A DNA stretch of 64,000 bases from Amoebidium appalachense (taxonomy: Eukaryota > Protista > Ichthyosporea), in contig CAVNZM010000013.1 of the NCBI GenBank assembly GCA_963693365.1, positions 2,505,817 through 2,569,816 on the forward strand, read 5' to 3'. The position numbers and the translations under genes are program-made. Within the stretch, counting starts at the first letter, position 1. The number at the start of each line of letters is the position of its first letter. This document shows positions 1 to 19,164 of the stretch, one piece after another. The notes below the pieces were generated by a model. It saw nothing but the letters and a program-made list of their open reading frames with translations, ran no database searches and was not told the origin of the DNA.

Positions 1-77
<77 letters not shown>

Positions 78-804
78 CGCGCCAGAGTCTGTGTGTGTGC
101 GTGTGCGTGCGCTGCGCGAGTGCGTGTGTGTGTGTGCGTGCGTGTGTGTGCGTGTATGTTTGTACGCACGCGCATGTCACAGTGTGTGCATGTGTGTGTG
201 TGTGTGTGTGGGGAAGGGGGGGGGGGGAGGGGGGAGGAAGGGGGAGGGGCCCGGGGGGAGGTGGGGGGAGGGGGGCTGGACCGGAGGTTTCGAAGACCGG
301 AAAACGTTGCATGATGACTTGATGAGGATAGAGCTCTCCGAAATAACGTTTTGTTTTCCGTTCTTCCTAATTTTTTCTTCCCCTATGTTGCTCTTTTCTT
401 CTTTTTCAACTCTTGTCCTCTCTCTCTCTCTCTCTCTCTCTCTCCCCCCTCCCCCCCCCCCCCCCCCCTTCCCCTCTCTCTCTCTCTCTCTCTCTCTGAG
501 ACGCCCCCCTCTGCCCCCCCCCCCCTCCCCTCCCCTTCTTCTCTCCCCCCCCCCCCCCCCCCCCCGCCCTCTCCCGCTCCCCCCTCCTTTCTCTGACTCT
601 TAGCTCTCTCTCTCTCTGACTCCAACCCCCCCCTCCCTCCCCCTCCCCCCTTCTGTATGGTCTGTTTTAGGGGTTTCAAAAGGTTTAGCGGGTCCCGTGA
701 AGGAGGGGGAGGGAGGGAGGGGGGAGGACGGAAGGGGGTGGGGAGGGGAGGGGGGAGGGGGGAAGGGGAAGAAAGATGCGCGGGGAGGGGAGGAGAGGTT
801 TCTA

Positions 805-841
<37 letters not shown>

Positions 842-907
842 GGGGGGGGGGGGGGGGGGGGGGGGGTGTGAGTGTGTGTGTGTGTGTGTGTGGGGGGGGG
901 GGGGGGA

Positions 908-3900
908 TTCAAATTGTCGGCAAAAACTGACATACATGCAGTTCAATGGGTGCGAATAGGGCCAATCAGATCTCGTGAATATGTATCGACATTTTATGTG
1001 ACCAGTCACGCCTGACAGCGTTTGGAAGGCACCAACCGTATTTTGAGAGTGAAGTGCAAACCGGTAGCAAAAACGGAATTCTCGGTTTCTATAGAGTTTC
1101 TTTCTAATGTTTTTACTTTTGTATATTACCCACCATCTATGTCGGTTGTCGAATTGACTCACGAGTTTTCACAGTTACCAATGTCCACTGTTATTTTAGG
1201 TGATTTTAACACGCGACTCCACCACACAGACACACTGCAAGTGAGTGTCGGGTACCCATCTAAGCCCCCGGAGCGTGCTATCCCTTTAGCAAGGTATGTC
1301 CAAAGTCACACTTTGCGGTTCCCTCAAATATCCCATGCCCACAACACCGACTGGGGAGTGGCCTTTTGGCCATCAACCATGTCAAAACTCTCTCTCCCTC
1401 CTAACCTCTCTAGGTCATCTGACCACTCTCCTATCCTTTTCCTACCTAAGATCTCCCTTGATCTGCTCCCCCCTCCCCCTCCCACCTTTCGCCTCCGTCT
1501 ATCCCAGCTTAAGTCACAGTGGGGTAGAGTTGATGTATGTGTATGCTATGCTACGAAACACCCTATATATATGCGCCTATTAGAATCTGCACAAGCCAGG
1601 CCAGATTCACATCTCGTACTAGATACATGCACTAACTTTATTGTTGATGATTTGATAGATCTCGGTGATTATGCTGGCGGTGGTAGGAAGGAATATCCCG
1701 ATGCTCTCTTGTTACCAAACACCACTCCCGCTAGACTAGGTGAACCCCTGTCTCAAAAGGAAAGCTTGCGCCGGCTTGCTAGTATGAATCGATTTGGCCC
1801 CCCTGCTCGTATTATTGGTGATACCACTGGAGACCCCCTCATAGACTCTGATAAGTATTTCTCGGAACTGTTTAAAGATAGGACCCCCGCTCAGAAACCT
1901 ATTGTGTGGCCTGTAGACCCATCTATCCCCATAGAATCGATCCTCCCCTTTTTCAGTCCCGATGCCATATGGTCTGTGATATCTAGTTATAGCTCTAGTA
2001 AGTCTTGTGGACCTGATGGACTCCCTGCTGGGTTTCTTAAAATCCTTGTTCCCTCCTACCCACAAAAGGAAAGTGATCGTGCTATTAAACCTGATCTTAC
2101 TATCATGTTAAGCTCTCTCTTTTCTTGGTGTGTTAAATGTGGACATGTCCCGTCATCTTGGTTAGATACCTTAGTGATCCCCATAGTTAAGAAGGACTCT
2201 GAGGGCCCCATATCATCCTTTCGCCCCATTACACTAACCCAGGTTGTTCGTAGATTCTTTGAAGCTTGCTTACTTAGGTTATTTGCACATCACCCTAGGT
2301 TTCAATCTATTCTTCACATACACCCATGCCAATCCGCTTTTCGTAAAAACAATTCATGTTATGTTCAAATAATGGCACTGCACGATTCTATGCAAGTTGG
2401 TGCACAATATGTTGGCTTTATTGATTGGAAAACTGCTTACGATTCTGTCTCCCCTGGTCTCCTATGGGAAAAGCTTGCTGCACGGGGTGTACCACACTGC
2501 ATTGGTGTTCTGTTAGAAGCACTCTTGTCTCAAACCTATGGTAGAGCTGTGGTTAATGGGCATCTTTCATATGGTTTTGCTCGTACTAGAGGTCTCTTGC
2601 AGGGCTCATTGCTTAGCCCCTTTTTGTTTAACCTATTTATAGATGATTTGGCTGTCAAGATTTACGCCGAAAACGATGACCCTATTAATAACTTTCCGCC
2701 TGCACTTCTCTATGCTGATGATCTGTCCCTCCTTGCCCGTACCCCTAGACGCCTGCAAAGATTGTTCGATGTAGTGTCAGAGTGGTGCAAGGCAAACCTT
2801 ATGATCCTTAACATAGACAAATGTGGTGTTCTTGTACCTGATATAGCTAACAATTTACACACATTTACATTATCATCTAAACCTGTACCTATAGTTCCAG
2901 AATACAAATATCTTGGTGTTCCGGTTGATTCTGTTGGTGTTATGTTTCCCCATATGGTCGAAAAGAGGGTAGAGTTGGCTCGTAAGCGGTTAGCTTTCTT
3001 CTCGGCTAATATTTTTAAAGACACACCCCTCCATCCTTCTATTAGACTTACATTTATTCGCACTTTTGTCTTCCCGGCATGTGAATATGGTTTACCCCTT
3101 CTCGCCGCTTGGATCAAGAAAGAGAGAACTAGAGCGCTTAAACCCTTGGCAAATTTCCTTGAAGCAGAAGTTGCCTCCTTTCTATCTAACAACTGTTGTA
3201 AACCTGGGCCTGTAACGCTCTCGATATATGGTCTGGTCCCAATAGCTGCTAGAGTATCCTATCTCGCGCTGAAATTCAATAAGCACATAAGCCGCTTAAA
3301 GAAGTATTTGCCCTCCCACCCTCTCTTCTCTATCCGACCTGTCCCCTCCTCACCTCTCCCCTCTTTCCTCCCCTCTCTCTCCCCTTCTCCCCTGGGCACA
3401 AATACAAATAAACCCTGCAATAGTGTGTGTGTGACTTTGGACTGCCACTTACTTATTAAACATGTACACAATCACAAGATAATCACGCAATATAACAAAT
3501 GGAAAAAGATACCAAACGACACTAGACCCGATGAAAGCATACACCTTGAAAAACTAAGCCTTATGTCTCGTTTTATATATACTGACCGCCTCAACCATAT
3601 TGCCAAATATGGCACTCGCAAGTGTATAACACCTAAATACATATTACCTTCCTGTAGAACTGGTCTTTCTCTAGCTGATGGTATTATTGATCAATTACCA
3701 CGCTTTTACTGTACACGTGCTATACAGTGGAGATCTAATAAGTATAAGGTGGCATCATTTGCATGCCCAAACAACACACACACACACCAGTTTAACCGGT
3801 CATGTATCGCCAAATGTAGTTTGATAGACCACATAATACCGCAACACACACACGTCACATTCACAACAGACACCCAGAAAGATAGCCTACCTGTAAATTA

Positions 3901-3998
3901 CAACATCCTTGATTTTATACTAAACACGCGTAACTACGACCTGTTTATTAGATGTATTGATTGGCTTGAGAAACACATCACTACAAAATTATAGCGCA

Positions 3999-4065
<67 letters not shown>

Positions 4066-4097
4066 CCAGCTGATACCGAGTGTCCCGAGGGGAGCCC

Positions 4098-4141
<44 letters not shown>
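908..4141 (+). mobile_element. Non-LTR retrotransposon (APE endonuclease + reverse transcriptase), degenerate 5' end, poly-A tail
   Basis: Long intronless APE-RT ORF. The 3' UTR has (CA)n at about 4003-4064, a short GGGGAGCCCC hairpin at 4089-4098 and A40 at 4102-4141. The 5' boundary is approximate (end of the poly-G at about 906). No convincing target-site duplication. Confidence 0.9.
1022..3994 (+). CDS. ORF2-like polyprotein of non-LTR retrotransposon (APE + RT + Cys/His C-terminus)
   Basis: APE motifs VYYPPS, ILGDFN and SDHSPI. RT motifs KSCGPDG, FRPITL, QSAFR, FIDWKTAYDSV, GLLQGSLLSPFLFN, YADD and YKYLG. The ORF starts at TTG, and the same frame continues upstream past one TGA (1013-1015). 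Confidence 0.92.
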   Translation: MEGTNRILRVKCKPVAKTEFSVSIEFLSNVFTFVYYPPSMSVVELTHEFSQLPMSTVILGDFNTRLHHTDTLQVSVGYPSKPPERAIPLARYVQSHTLRFPQISHAHNTDWGVAFWPSTMSKLSLPPNLSRSSDHSPILFLPKISLDLLPPPPPTFRLRLSQLKSQWGRVDVCVCYATKHPIYMRLLESAQARPDSHLVLDTCTNFIVDDLIDLGDYAGGGRKEYPDALLLPNTTPARLGEPLSQKESLRRLASMNRFGPPARIIGDTTGDPLIDSDKYFSELFKDRTPAQKPIVWPVDPSIPIESILPFFSPDAIWSVISSYSSSKSCGPDGLPAGFLKILVPSYPQKESDRAIKPDLTIMLSSLFSWCVKCGHVPSSWLDTLVIPIVKKDSEGPISSFRPITLTQVVRRFFEACLLRLFAHHPRFQSILHIHPCQSAFRKNNSCYVQIMALHDSMQVGAQYVGFIDWKTAYDSVSPGLLWEKLAARGVPHCIGVLLEALLSQTYGRAVVNGHLSYGFARTRGLLQGSLLSPFLFNLFIDDLAVKIYAENDDPINNFPPALLYADDLSLLARTPRRLQRLFDVVSEWCKANLMILNIDKCGVLVPDIANNLHTFTLSSKPVPIVPEYKYLGVPVDSVGVMFPHMVEKRVELARKRLAFFSANIFKDTPLHPSIRLTFIRTFVFPACEYGLPLLAAWIKKERTRALKPLANFLEAEVASFLSNNCCKPGPVTLSIYGLVPIAARVSYLALKFNKHISRLKKYLPSHPLFSIRPVPSSPLPSFLPSLSPSPLGTNTNKPCNSVCVTLDCHLLIKHVHNHKIITQYNKWKKIPNDTRPDESIHLEKLSLMSRFIYTDRLNHIAKYGTRKCITPKYILPSCRTGLSLADGIIDQLPRFYCTRAIQWRSNKYKVASFACPNNTHTHQFNRSCIAKCSLIDHIIPQHTHVTFTTDTQKDSLPVNYNILDFILNTRNYDLFIRCIDWLEKHITTKL

Positions 4142-4142
<1 letters not shown>

Positions 4143-4330
4143 GGGGAACCCCAACTAATTGATTTCTCCTTCAAGTTGTAGTCTTTATGGTGTCTCGTAG
4201 AGAAAGTAAACCCTGATATATAGTCACCACCCGACATCTATGTACGTGATCATGATATACCGCTGAGGGGATATTCCGAGCAAAACCCCCCCCCCCATAC
4301 CTGAGACTGGTTCTCTTTGCCTCGAGTAAA

Positions 4331-4458
4331 CAGCGTAAACCCCCAACCGTATTTAGGCCCTAAATACGCATACCACGATAAATTTTGTAAATACGGTAGA
4401 TCGTATTTAGGGCCTAAATACGAATACGATTATTGGGGTGCTGCCAAACAGGCCCTAA
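4331..4458. mobile_element. Relic PIF/Harbinger (Tourist-like) MITE
   Basis: Right end CCAAACAGGCCC followed by TAA (4444-4458) matches the GGGCCTGTTTGG-type TIR and TAA target site. Internal inverted pair CGTATTTAGGCCCTAAATACG / CGTATTTAGGGCCTAAATACG. The left TIR is not intact. Confidence 0.5.
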
Positions 4459-4706
4459 TAAACGATAGACATGCCTTGAAAAAATTGTGAGAGTTTCGGA
4501 GGTTTCCCACGTGCTGCTCAGGATCTGACTGATGCCGCTGCTTGGCGTATGCTCTCTATAGAATCTGTACTGATGTACTGATGTATTGATATAGTCAGTG
4601 ACTCAGCTGGTACAAGTTTTTAGGGAACAGCAAAAAAGTAGGAATGTTGGTGGATTTATCGAATGTATGTATGTAGTGAAGAGTTCTACATATATACTAT
4701 GTGAGA

Positions 4707-5546
4707 ATGGTGGGGACAGGCGAAGGGAAAGATACCAACTCAAAGCGGCCTGGGGAAGACCAGCCCTCAGAGTCTGACATCAGCTTGAACGCCTCGAGCT
4801 CACCTCACAACAAACGAACAAAAGCAGATGAAGCCACGATCGACGGCGTCCGCTGAGGTTGGGCCCCAGAACAGCCTTTCGAACCTGGTGAGCCCGGATC
4901 GAAGAGAGCCAGGAGCAACCAGAACCCCTTACGTAGGGCCCCCTTTCGTAAAAACGGTTTTTTTTAATTTCCGTGGCAGCTGGCGGCGTTCTTTCTCCAT
5001 GGGCAGCCTCTCCCTGAAAAGTACGACAAGCTTGAAATACCTGAAGCGGTTAAGTTGGCGTACAATGACGACAAAGATCTTTTCCTTGTACTGAACAACG
5101 TTCTTCCTGTGGCAAGCCGGGTCCCGCTCGACATCACGGTCTTCGAATCCCGCGGATTTTCCGTTGAACGTGCCAACTATGCCCGAGGTCACGGCTGCAA
5201 TCCAAAGTGCCTTGGCTGGCAACATGTGTGTGCAACCCTCAGCTGGCCGCCCTGCCAAACCAAGTTCAGAGCATCCGAGCTCAATTGCAGAACTTGCAGG
5301 ACAGCCGGCCTCCAGTCGCTGCAAACTGACTTCGAGAATGATAGACGGCGCGCACATAATGCACGTGTTCTTAGCGGACTGGCACCTGTGAGCACTTTGC
5401 AGCCCCTTTTGGTGACGGTCGGCCAACTAGGGCCACTCCTGCCTGGTCCAGCTCCTTACGTTTGCCAGCCCCTGTGGCGTCCGGAGTGGGCAACCCTGCT
5501 CCTACGCCGCCCTTTCCTCAAACCGGAGCAGAGCTTTCGTCGCTGA
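4707..5546 (+). pseudogene. Degenerate intronless ORF of unknown origin with a Cys/His cluster
   Basis: ATG at 4707 is in frame with the 5055..5546 ORF but separated by two stops. The region is microsatellite-free. Contains HGCNPKCLGWQHVC...CQT...CRTC. Family not recognised. Confidence 0.3.
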
Positions 5547-5944
5547 CCATATCCGACATCTGTGAGCTGTCTATGATCTATGGGCATACCTTCGGCATAG
5601 TTCAAGGGGACTTGGTCGGTGTGCGGAAGGAGAAGTTTAGGTTTTGGATATCGTAGGAGTTTCGCGGTCACCTGTGTCGCCCAGGAACCATCTCCTGGGT
5701 GAATCCGGAGCCTGCTGTCAACTTTTCAGGTGTTACTGTCGATAAGTTGGCGTCAAAGCCCGTTGCAATCTTTCATACGTAACTATAGGAAAGAGCGAGG
5801 TAATCCGCACTTGTTACGCTCTCCAAGCCCGGAGGGTTTGAAGGTTGGGTATTCACTTTCGTGCTGACCATTCTGATGTTCAAGTGTGCTGGCAATATGT
5901 CAAAATAAATATTGTCGCCAAGATAGCCGTTTATCTGAACCCGT

Positions 5945-6080
5945 GGTGTGTATAAAAGTAATCTGGTGGTGCTCAGCGCTTATGCCCCCCCCCCCCCCCC
6001 CCCCCCCCTCGGTGTGTATAAAAGTAATCTGGTGGTGCTCAGCACTTATGCCCCCCCCCCCCCCCCCCCCCCCCCCTCCC
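5945..6080. repeat. Tandem duplication of a ~40 bp unit, each copy followed by poly-C
   Basis: GGTGTGTATAAAAGTAATCTGGTGGTGCTCAGC(G/A)CTTATG at 5945 and 6011. Confidence 0.9.
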
Positions 6081-6456
6081 CCGGCCCTCTCCCAGCCGAA
6101 CTATCTGCCCGGGGACCTTCCCTTGGGGGTGGTTGAAGAGAGTATGCCTTTCCTTGCACAGTAAAATAGCAGAATGGGCTTCCCCTGTTTGTTCATAAAG
6201 AGTTGACACGGGCTTTCGTGTCGACGAGTTGCAAATGCTGTGCACGCTTCGTGCATCAAATATCGTCCATCATGATATGCATGGCATGATCAAACACAAA
6301 GCTTTGTCCAGGGGCCCGAGCAAAGTCTTGGATACGTTTTTGAGAGACCTCTTTATTTTACTACTCTTCTGACTGTTGGCGCTAAGGTCAACAAACTTTA
6401 CAAGAGCGTGCATACAGATGTCCAATTGCATACGGTTTCCAAAACACATGCCCCCC

Positions 6457-6491
<35 letters not shown>

Positions 6492-6624
6492 TTCCCCCCC
6501 TCCACCCTCCCCACCTACCAGGGTAAAAAAAAAAAAAAAAAAAAAAAAGGAGGCAGAAAGAAAATAACTCTCCACTTCCCAAAGAAACCAGAGCCCCACA
6601 ACAACAGCGACATGTATGTAGTTC

Positions 6625-6667
<43 letters not shown>

Positions 6668-6805
6668 GAAGAAGAAGAAGAAGAAGAAGAAGAAGAAGAA
6701 GAAGAAGAAGACTGCATCAGAGTCCGATTCCCCATCGCCACTAGAGCAACAATAAACCCAAACCTGAACACACAATTAATTCCGCGACATCAATACCAAG
6801 TCTTG

Positions 6806-13845
<7,040 letters not shown>

Positions 13846-14198
13846 GATAAATAACGTGAACAGAAAAACAAGGAAAACAAAAAAAAACTGAAGCAGGCAA
13901 AATCAAGCAAGCAGACGGTGTATATACGCCTGTAGCTGAGAACGCAAAAAGTTTCTCTTCGCGAATTTTACACATGCGATGTTTATATTGAGTTGTTGTC
14001 ATGATAAAATAGGCCAAGGCAAGTTCACTTCCAAATTGCAGCCACTTTAGGCCCCCCTTTTTGACCATCAAATCAACAATTGAACCCTACTTACTTATTC
14101 ATGCTTGGAATATCATCACTTTTGTGTTGGCGCGAAAAGTTCATGATATAAAGCGCGAGAAGGACTCAGTTTTCAAACGTTACTTATGATAGTCGAAG
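13846..14198. promoter_or_regulatory. Bidirectional promoter region for SAP18 and LMW-PTP, with an E2F-like site
   Basis: 353 bp repeat-free gap between divergent ATGs. GGCGCGAAAA at 14129-14138 is the reverse complement of TTTTCGCGCC, the canonical E2F motif. Confidence 0.55.
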
Positions 14199-14586
14199 AT
14201 GAGCCAGCAACACAGCGTTCTCTTTGTGTGCCTAGGTATGTGAGTCTCGTCCCCTTTGCGTTCACCGCTTTCACCAGGCACAATCGAAACCCCGTGTAGT
14301 GCTGTGATGGAGTGGTGAGCAAATGGGCATGGGGCGGGGGAGGTCATGGGGAAGATCTTGTGGACACACCAACATGTGCCTCTTACCCTACAGTGGAGAC
14401 GAACAAGGAGTATCTTTAGGATGGCGTTCTGAAGTGAAAAGAACGTAGAGGTCTGTGGGAGGGGGGGGGGGGGGGGGGGGGTAAGTGAGGTTTACGGTGT
14501 TTGTGCAGGCAACGGGGCGAGTGTGCTTGTGTGCTCCTGGGATTTGGGTGTGTTTGCGTGTTTGTGTGTGTGTGTGTGTGTTTGTG

Positions 14587-14663
<77 letters not shown>

Positions 14664-14664
14664 T

Positions 14665-14701
<37 letters not shown>

Positions 14702-15169
14702 TGTGTACATGTGCTTGTGTGTTTGTGAATATGCATGTGTGTGTGTCTCAAAAGCTTTATGTTATGGACATCGTGGCAGTAGTCGAAAGGTAAAAGAAGG
14801 GGGTTATAGGGACATCGAAGAGGGGAAAGGGGGGTTGGAGGGAGGGAGGGAAGGAGGGGGTGGGGGGAGGGGGGGGAAACTCGCAAAGACACGCAAGGTA
14901 GTCGTTTGATCCGTGGTGGTAGGGACTGTGGAGAAAAGGGGGGGGGGGGGGGGGGGGGGGAGAGGGGGGGGGGGAAGAAGGGGGGAATGGGGAAGGGGTA
15001 TGGATAGAAAGGAGGAGGAGAGGTGGTGGGGGGGGGGGGGGGGGTTTGAGATGGTCGTGCCAGAGAATTTTTCTTAGAAACTAATTAGGCATTTTTTCTT
15101 CTGGCCCCTCTTTAACGTGGTGTTATCCTCCGAGCCATCTCCCCCTCCCCCCCCCCTCCCCCCCTCCCC

Positions 15170-15200
<31 letters not shown>

Positions 15201-16099
15201 GTGCACGTTCCCCCCCTCCCCCCCCCCCTCCCCCCCCCCTCCCCCTTTCCGTCCCCCCGACAGGATCTGTGGTGCACGCACTCTTCAGTCGTGAAATTGT
15301 CTTTCAAATTCAGGACGAGCACTAAAACATTGTTTTTCTTTATTCCACAGGGAACATCTGCCGTTCTCCCATGGTGAGTTTCCAGGATTCCTGGACAGCC
15401 CCCCTCCTCCCCCCCCCCCCTCCTTCCCCCCCCCGCCCCGCCCGCCCACCACCGCCTCCCTATTCCTCTTGCTACACTCCTGAATGCCGAACCGACGAAG
15501 TGCGAGAAGCCAGGAATGGAAAGAAGAAGGGGAGGTGGGGGTGGGGGTGAGGATGGGGAGGGGGGGGGGGGGGGTTGTTTATGTACTGGGGGTTTGGGGG
15601 GCACTTGCGGGGGGGGGGGGGGGGGGGGGGGGAGAGAGAGGGAGGGAGGTTCGGAGTACAGTGGAGTGTGATAGCATGCTGCTTTTCACCGTTTGGCAAA
15701 TGCAAATACAAAACACGTTTATAAATGCACATACCTGGTGCCTTGTCTTTCATTTTCGTTAATGCTCCTTTCCTTTTGTTTCTACCATCACACACACACA
15801 CTGCCTGGATATATGTAGATATTGGGGGATGGTAATATTGATAAGGATCACATTGATTTGTATGTGGATATAGATACTCGAGCCATTTTGGTACCGGCCG
15901 GTGGAACACCCGGGTGTTTATAACATGCCGGAGACGAGCATGGACACATATCCCGATTCCCCACCTGGAAACAAGCATATATGCACACACGAACACACAC
16001 ATGCACACGTGTGTACACACACATACTCACCGTCAGATGATGCACACAGACACATTCCAGCACATATCTCATGCACGCACTCACTCACTCACACACATC

Positions 16100-16186
<87 letters not shown>

Positions 16187-16988
16187 TGCACAGGCAGAGG
16201 CTGTCTTCAACCATGTGGCCAAGCAGCGAGGGGTTGCCGACCAATGGTTGGTAGACTCGGCAGGCACAAGCGGTATCTCCCCCCCCCCCTCCCCCCCCCC
16301 CCACCCCCTCCCTCCAAACACACACACACACACAAAAAAAAAAATGAATGAATGAAAGAATGAATGAAAGAAAGAAAGGAAAAAAAGACCCCCCCCCCCC
16401 TCCCCCCCCCCCTTCCCCGCCCCTCCCCATCCTCAGGCAACCTACACCATTTATGGACAGGCCAAAGGAATGGAAGTGTAGGACGTTTGATACGATTCAA
16501 TGATCAATTTGCAACAGCTTCTATCAAATTGCCTGATATGTACCAGCTCTCGAAAAGTCATGTACGTGCAAAGGATTAAAAAATACTACGTAGCAAACGT
16601 CTGTGTGTGTATGTGTGTGCATGTGTGTGTGCAGTGGACGGGGGCTTTACTGCAGTGCCGGAGGGGAGGGGGAGGAGAGGGGGGGGAGGGGGGAGGGGAG
16701 GTGGAGGTGGGGGGGTGGGGGGATAAGATGGTCAGCATGCTAACAAGTTTTTTTTTAAGTTTTTATTATTATTATTTTATTATTATTATTATTATTAAAA
16801 AAAATGTGGACTTAATTTTCTGACGGCGATGATCGAGTAGATAGCTGAGATATACTAATTATATCTACGTAATTTGGGTGCAGGATGGCACATAGGCAGC
16901 CCACCAGACTCACGGTCTGCTGCAATCTGCAAAAAACACGGTGTGCCCGTCAACCACAGAGGAAGAGCGGTAAGCGGCTGAAGTCTTG

Positions 16989-17041
<53 letters not shown>

Positions 17042-17167
17042 TTTGTTGAATGGAGATTTTGGGGAGAGAGTTGGGGGGGGGGGGGGGGGGGGGGGATGTT
17101 GAGGTTGTTATGAAATAGTGAGCGTAGACAGAATAAGATAAAGTTTCTTTGCCCCCCCCCCCCCCCC

Positions 17168-17200
<33 letters not shown>

Positions 17201-19164
17201 CGTATAATGGTATTGCAGTGGAATGTCCTGGTAAGGGGGGGTGAGGGGGCAACTTATAGGGTTTGTGTGTGTGTGGGTGCACACGCGCGACAGGCCAGGT
17301 TCGTTGGAGGGTGAGAGGTTTTTATGTGCATAGTGGGTGGTGGGTGGTGGAGGTTGGGTGTGTGCTTTCGTGTATGTGCTACTGTGTAGGTGGGCAGAAG
17401 ATGGGCGTGTGAGTGGCTGGGTGTGTTTTTTTGAGGGGAATGATTTGAATGGAATTGTAGTGGATGTAGTGGAGACAAGGTGAGCGTTGTGAGCAATCAG
17501 GAACCAAGAAACATCGGGAGTACTCATGCAATACCCCCACTCCTCCCCCCCCCCCCCCCCCCCTCCCCCCCCCCCCCTCCCCCCCTCTCCCTCCCACCAC
17601 CAGTTTTACGACAAAGGTGGTTCACATAGTTGCCCCCAAGTGCATGCATGTTCACTTCTGCGCTTGTATCGTCCTTGTTGCTTGCATTTTGCCGCTGTAT
17701 GCATCCATCCATATAACCCCGCTTTCCCCCTCTAACCTCCCGAATCGACATACATCTTGGCTGCGTGCCCCCTCACCCCCTCACCCCCCCCCCCCCCCCC
17801 CCCCCTCCCTCCCTTCCCACCGTCCGTGCTCTCCCTTTTCTTTTCTTGTGGTGGTGGGGGGGTTACGAGGGGGGGGGGGGGGGGGGGGGAGGGGGGGGGG
17901 GGGAAGGGAAAAGAGGGACGAAAGGCGGCGGGGGGAAGAAGAAGGAGAAGATCGAGAATGCAACGAATATACCATTTGAATATATCATGTATGATACCTT
18001 TGCAGGCTTGACGTATTATCCACAAATCTTTTTTGAGGTAAGGGTCTGCTTCCTCTGACGCCCTTTGTCAAGATGTATAGGTGGTAGATGAGGACTTTAC
18101 GCGGTTCCAGTATCTTCTGTGCATGGACAACTCCAATCTCTGGAACACAACTTGTTAAAATAGAAAGAGACAAATATATTTTCCACAATAGTGTTTTATT
18201 CGAGGAAAGCCTCGGTGGACCACCACTTACGTGCATGGGTGATGTGCAGGTGGTAGATGAGGACTTCACACGGTTCCAGTATCTTCTGTGCATGGACAAC
18301 TCCAACCTGCGGGACCTGAAGGACATGGCCCCTGCCAACAGCACAGCAATAATCAAGAAGCTAGGTGACTACGACCCACAGGGGCCCTCGATTATTGAAG
18401 ATCCGTACTATGTAAATAGTCTCTCCCCCCCCCCCCCTCCTCCTCCCCGACACCTCCCCAACCCTCCCCAACCCTCCCCCTCCCCCCCCCCCCCCCCCCC
18501 CTTTCCTCCACCCCCCACATGTACACACCCAAAAATGTGTTCGTGTGTTCGTGTTTGTTTGTGCGTGCGCGCGCGCGCTCACACACAAGCTCGAGTGCGT
18601 GTGTTAATTTAGATGAACGACCTCCACGACATTCCCTCTTATCTCTGTGCCTAGGCTTGTTGTTCTGAGACTGGGCCATATCAGAACCTGGTTCTTTGTT
18701 TGTATTTATCTTTTCTGTGTTTATTATGCTGAAAGATGGGGAGGGGAGGGAGGGGGGATTTGGAAAAGCCACATTCAGGAGCCAGATGACAGTTGTGTGT
18801 TACGAGTGGGGTGGATGTTATAGAACGTTATAGAACAGCAACTCCAGAACAGAACGGACATGACCAAGGGGATTCTGCAAAGAAGAGCACACAAAAAGAG
18901 TATGCACGCCCGGGGGGAGAAGGGGGGGGGGGGGGGGGGGGGGGGGGACATTGCAGATAGGAGAGCCTGAGATCTTTCATTCTGCCTGAGATCTCTCTAG
19001 TTTTGTGTTTGATATTCACGATGGTGGTGTTTCTAGACCAAAAAAGGTTGGTCGTTGGTGTTATTCATATGCACTTGCAGGGGGGTCGAGAGGGGTTTGA
19101 AGTGAACTACCAACAGTGTGTGCGGTGCTGCAACGCCTTTCTGGATAGTGTCCACAAAAAATAG
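14199..19164 (+). CDS. ACP1: Low-molecular-weight protein tyrosine phosphatase, 6 exons, ~156 aa
   Basis: Exons 14199-14235, 15351-15373, 16194-16272, 16884-16969, 18250-18411 and 19081-19164 (471 nt). Motifs VLFVCLGNICRSP, DSAGT, CMDNSN and EDPYYGG. Confidence 0.95.
18081..18158 (+). other. Partial duplicate of LMW-PTP exon 5 with its own acceptor and an in-frame stop
   Basis: tag|GTGGTAGATGAGGAC... encodes [25 protein letters not shown]. It is 56/60 nt identical to the start of exon 18250. Confidence 0.85.

Noticed and set aside
282-335. Possible minus-strand exon with a donor followed by a C-run near the window start
   Set aside because: It is isolated, with no recognisable protein and no partner exons visible in the window.
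1013-1015. In-frame TGA suggesting stop-codon reassignment
   Set aside because: TFIIB and the SERTA-like gene end in TGA, LMW-PTP in TAG and SAP18 in TAA, and conserved Trp residues use TGG. The standard code fits.
3341-3423. C-rich GT...AG segment inside the RT ORF as a possible intron
   Set aside because: It is 83 nt long, so removal would break a frame that is already open.
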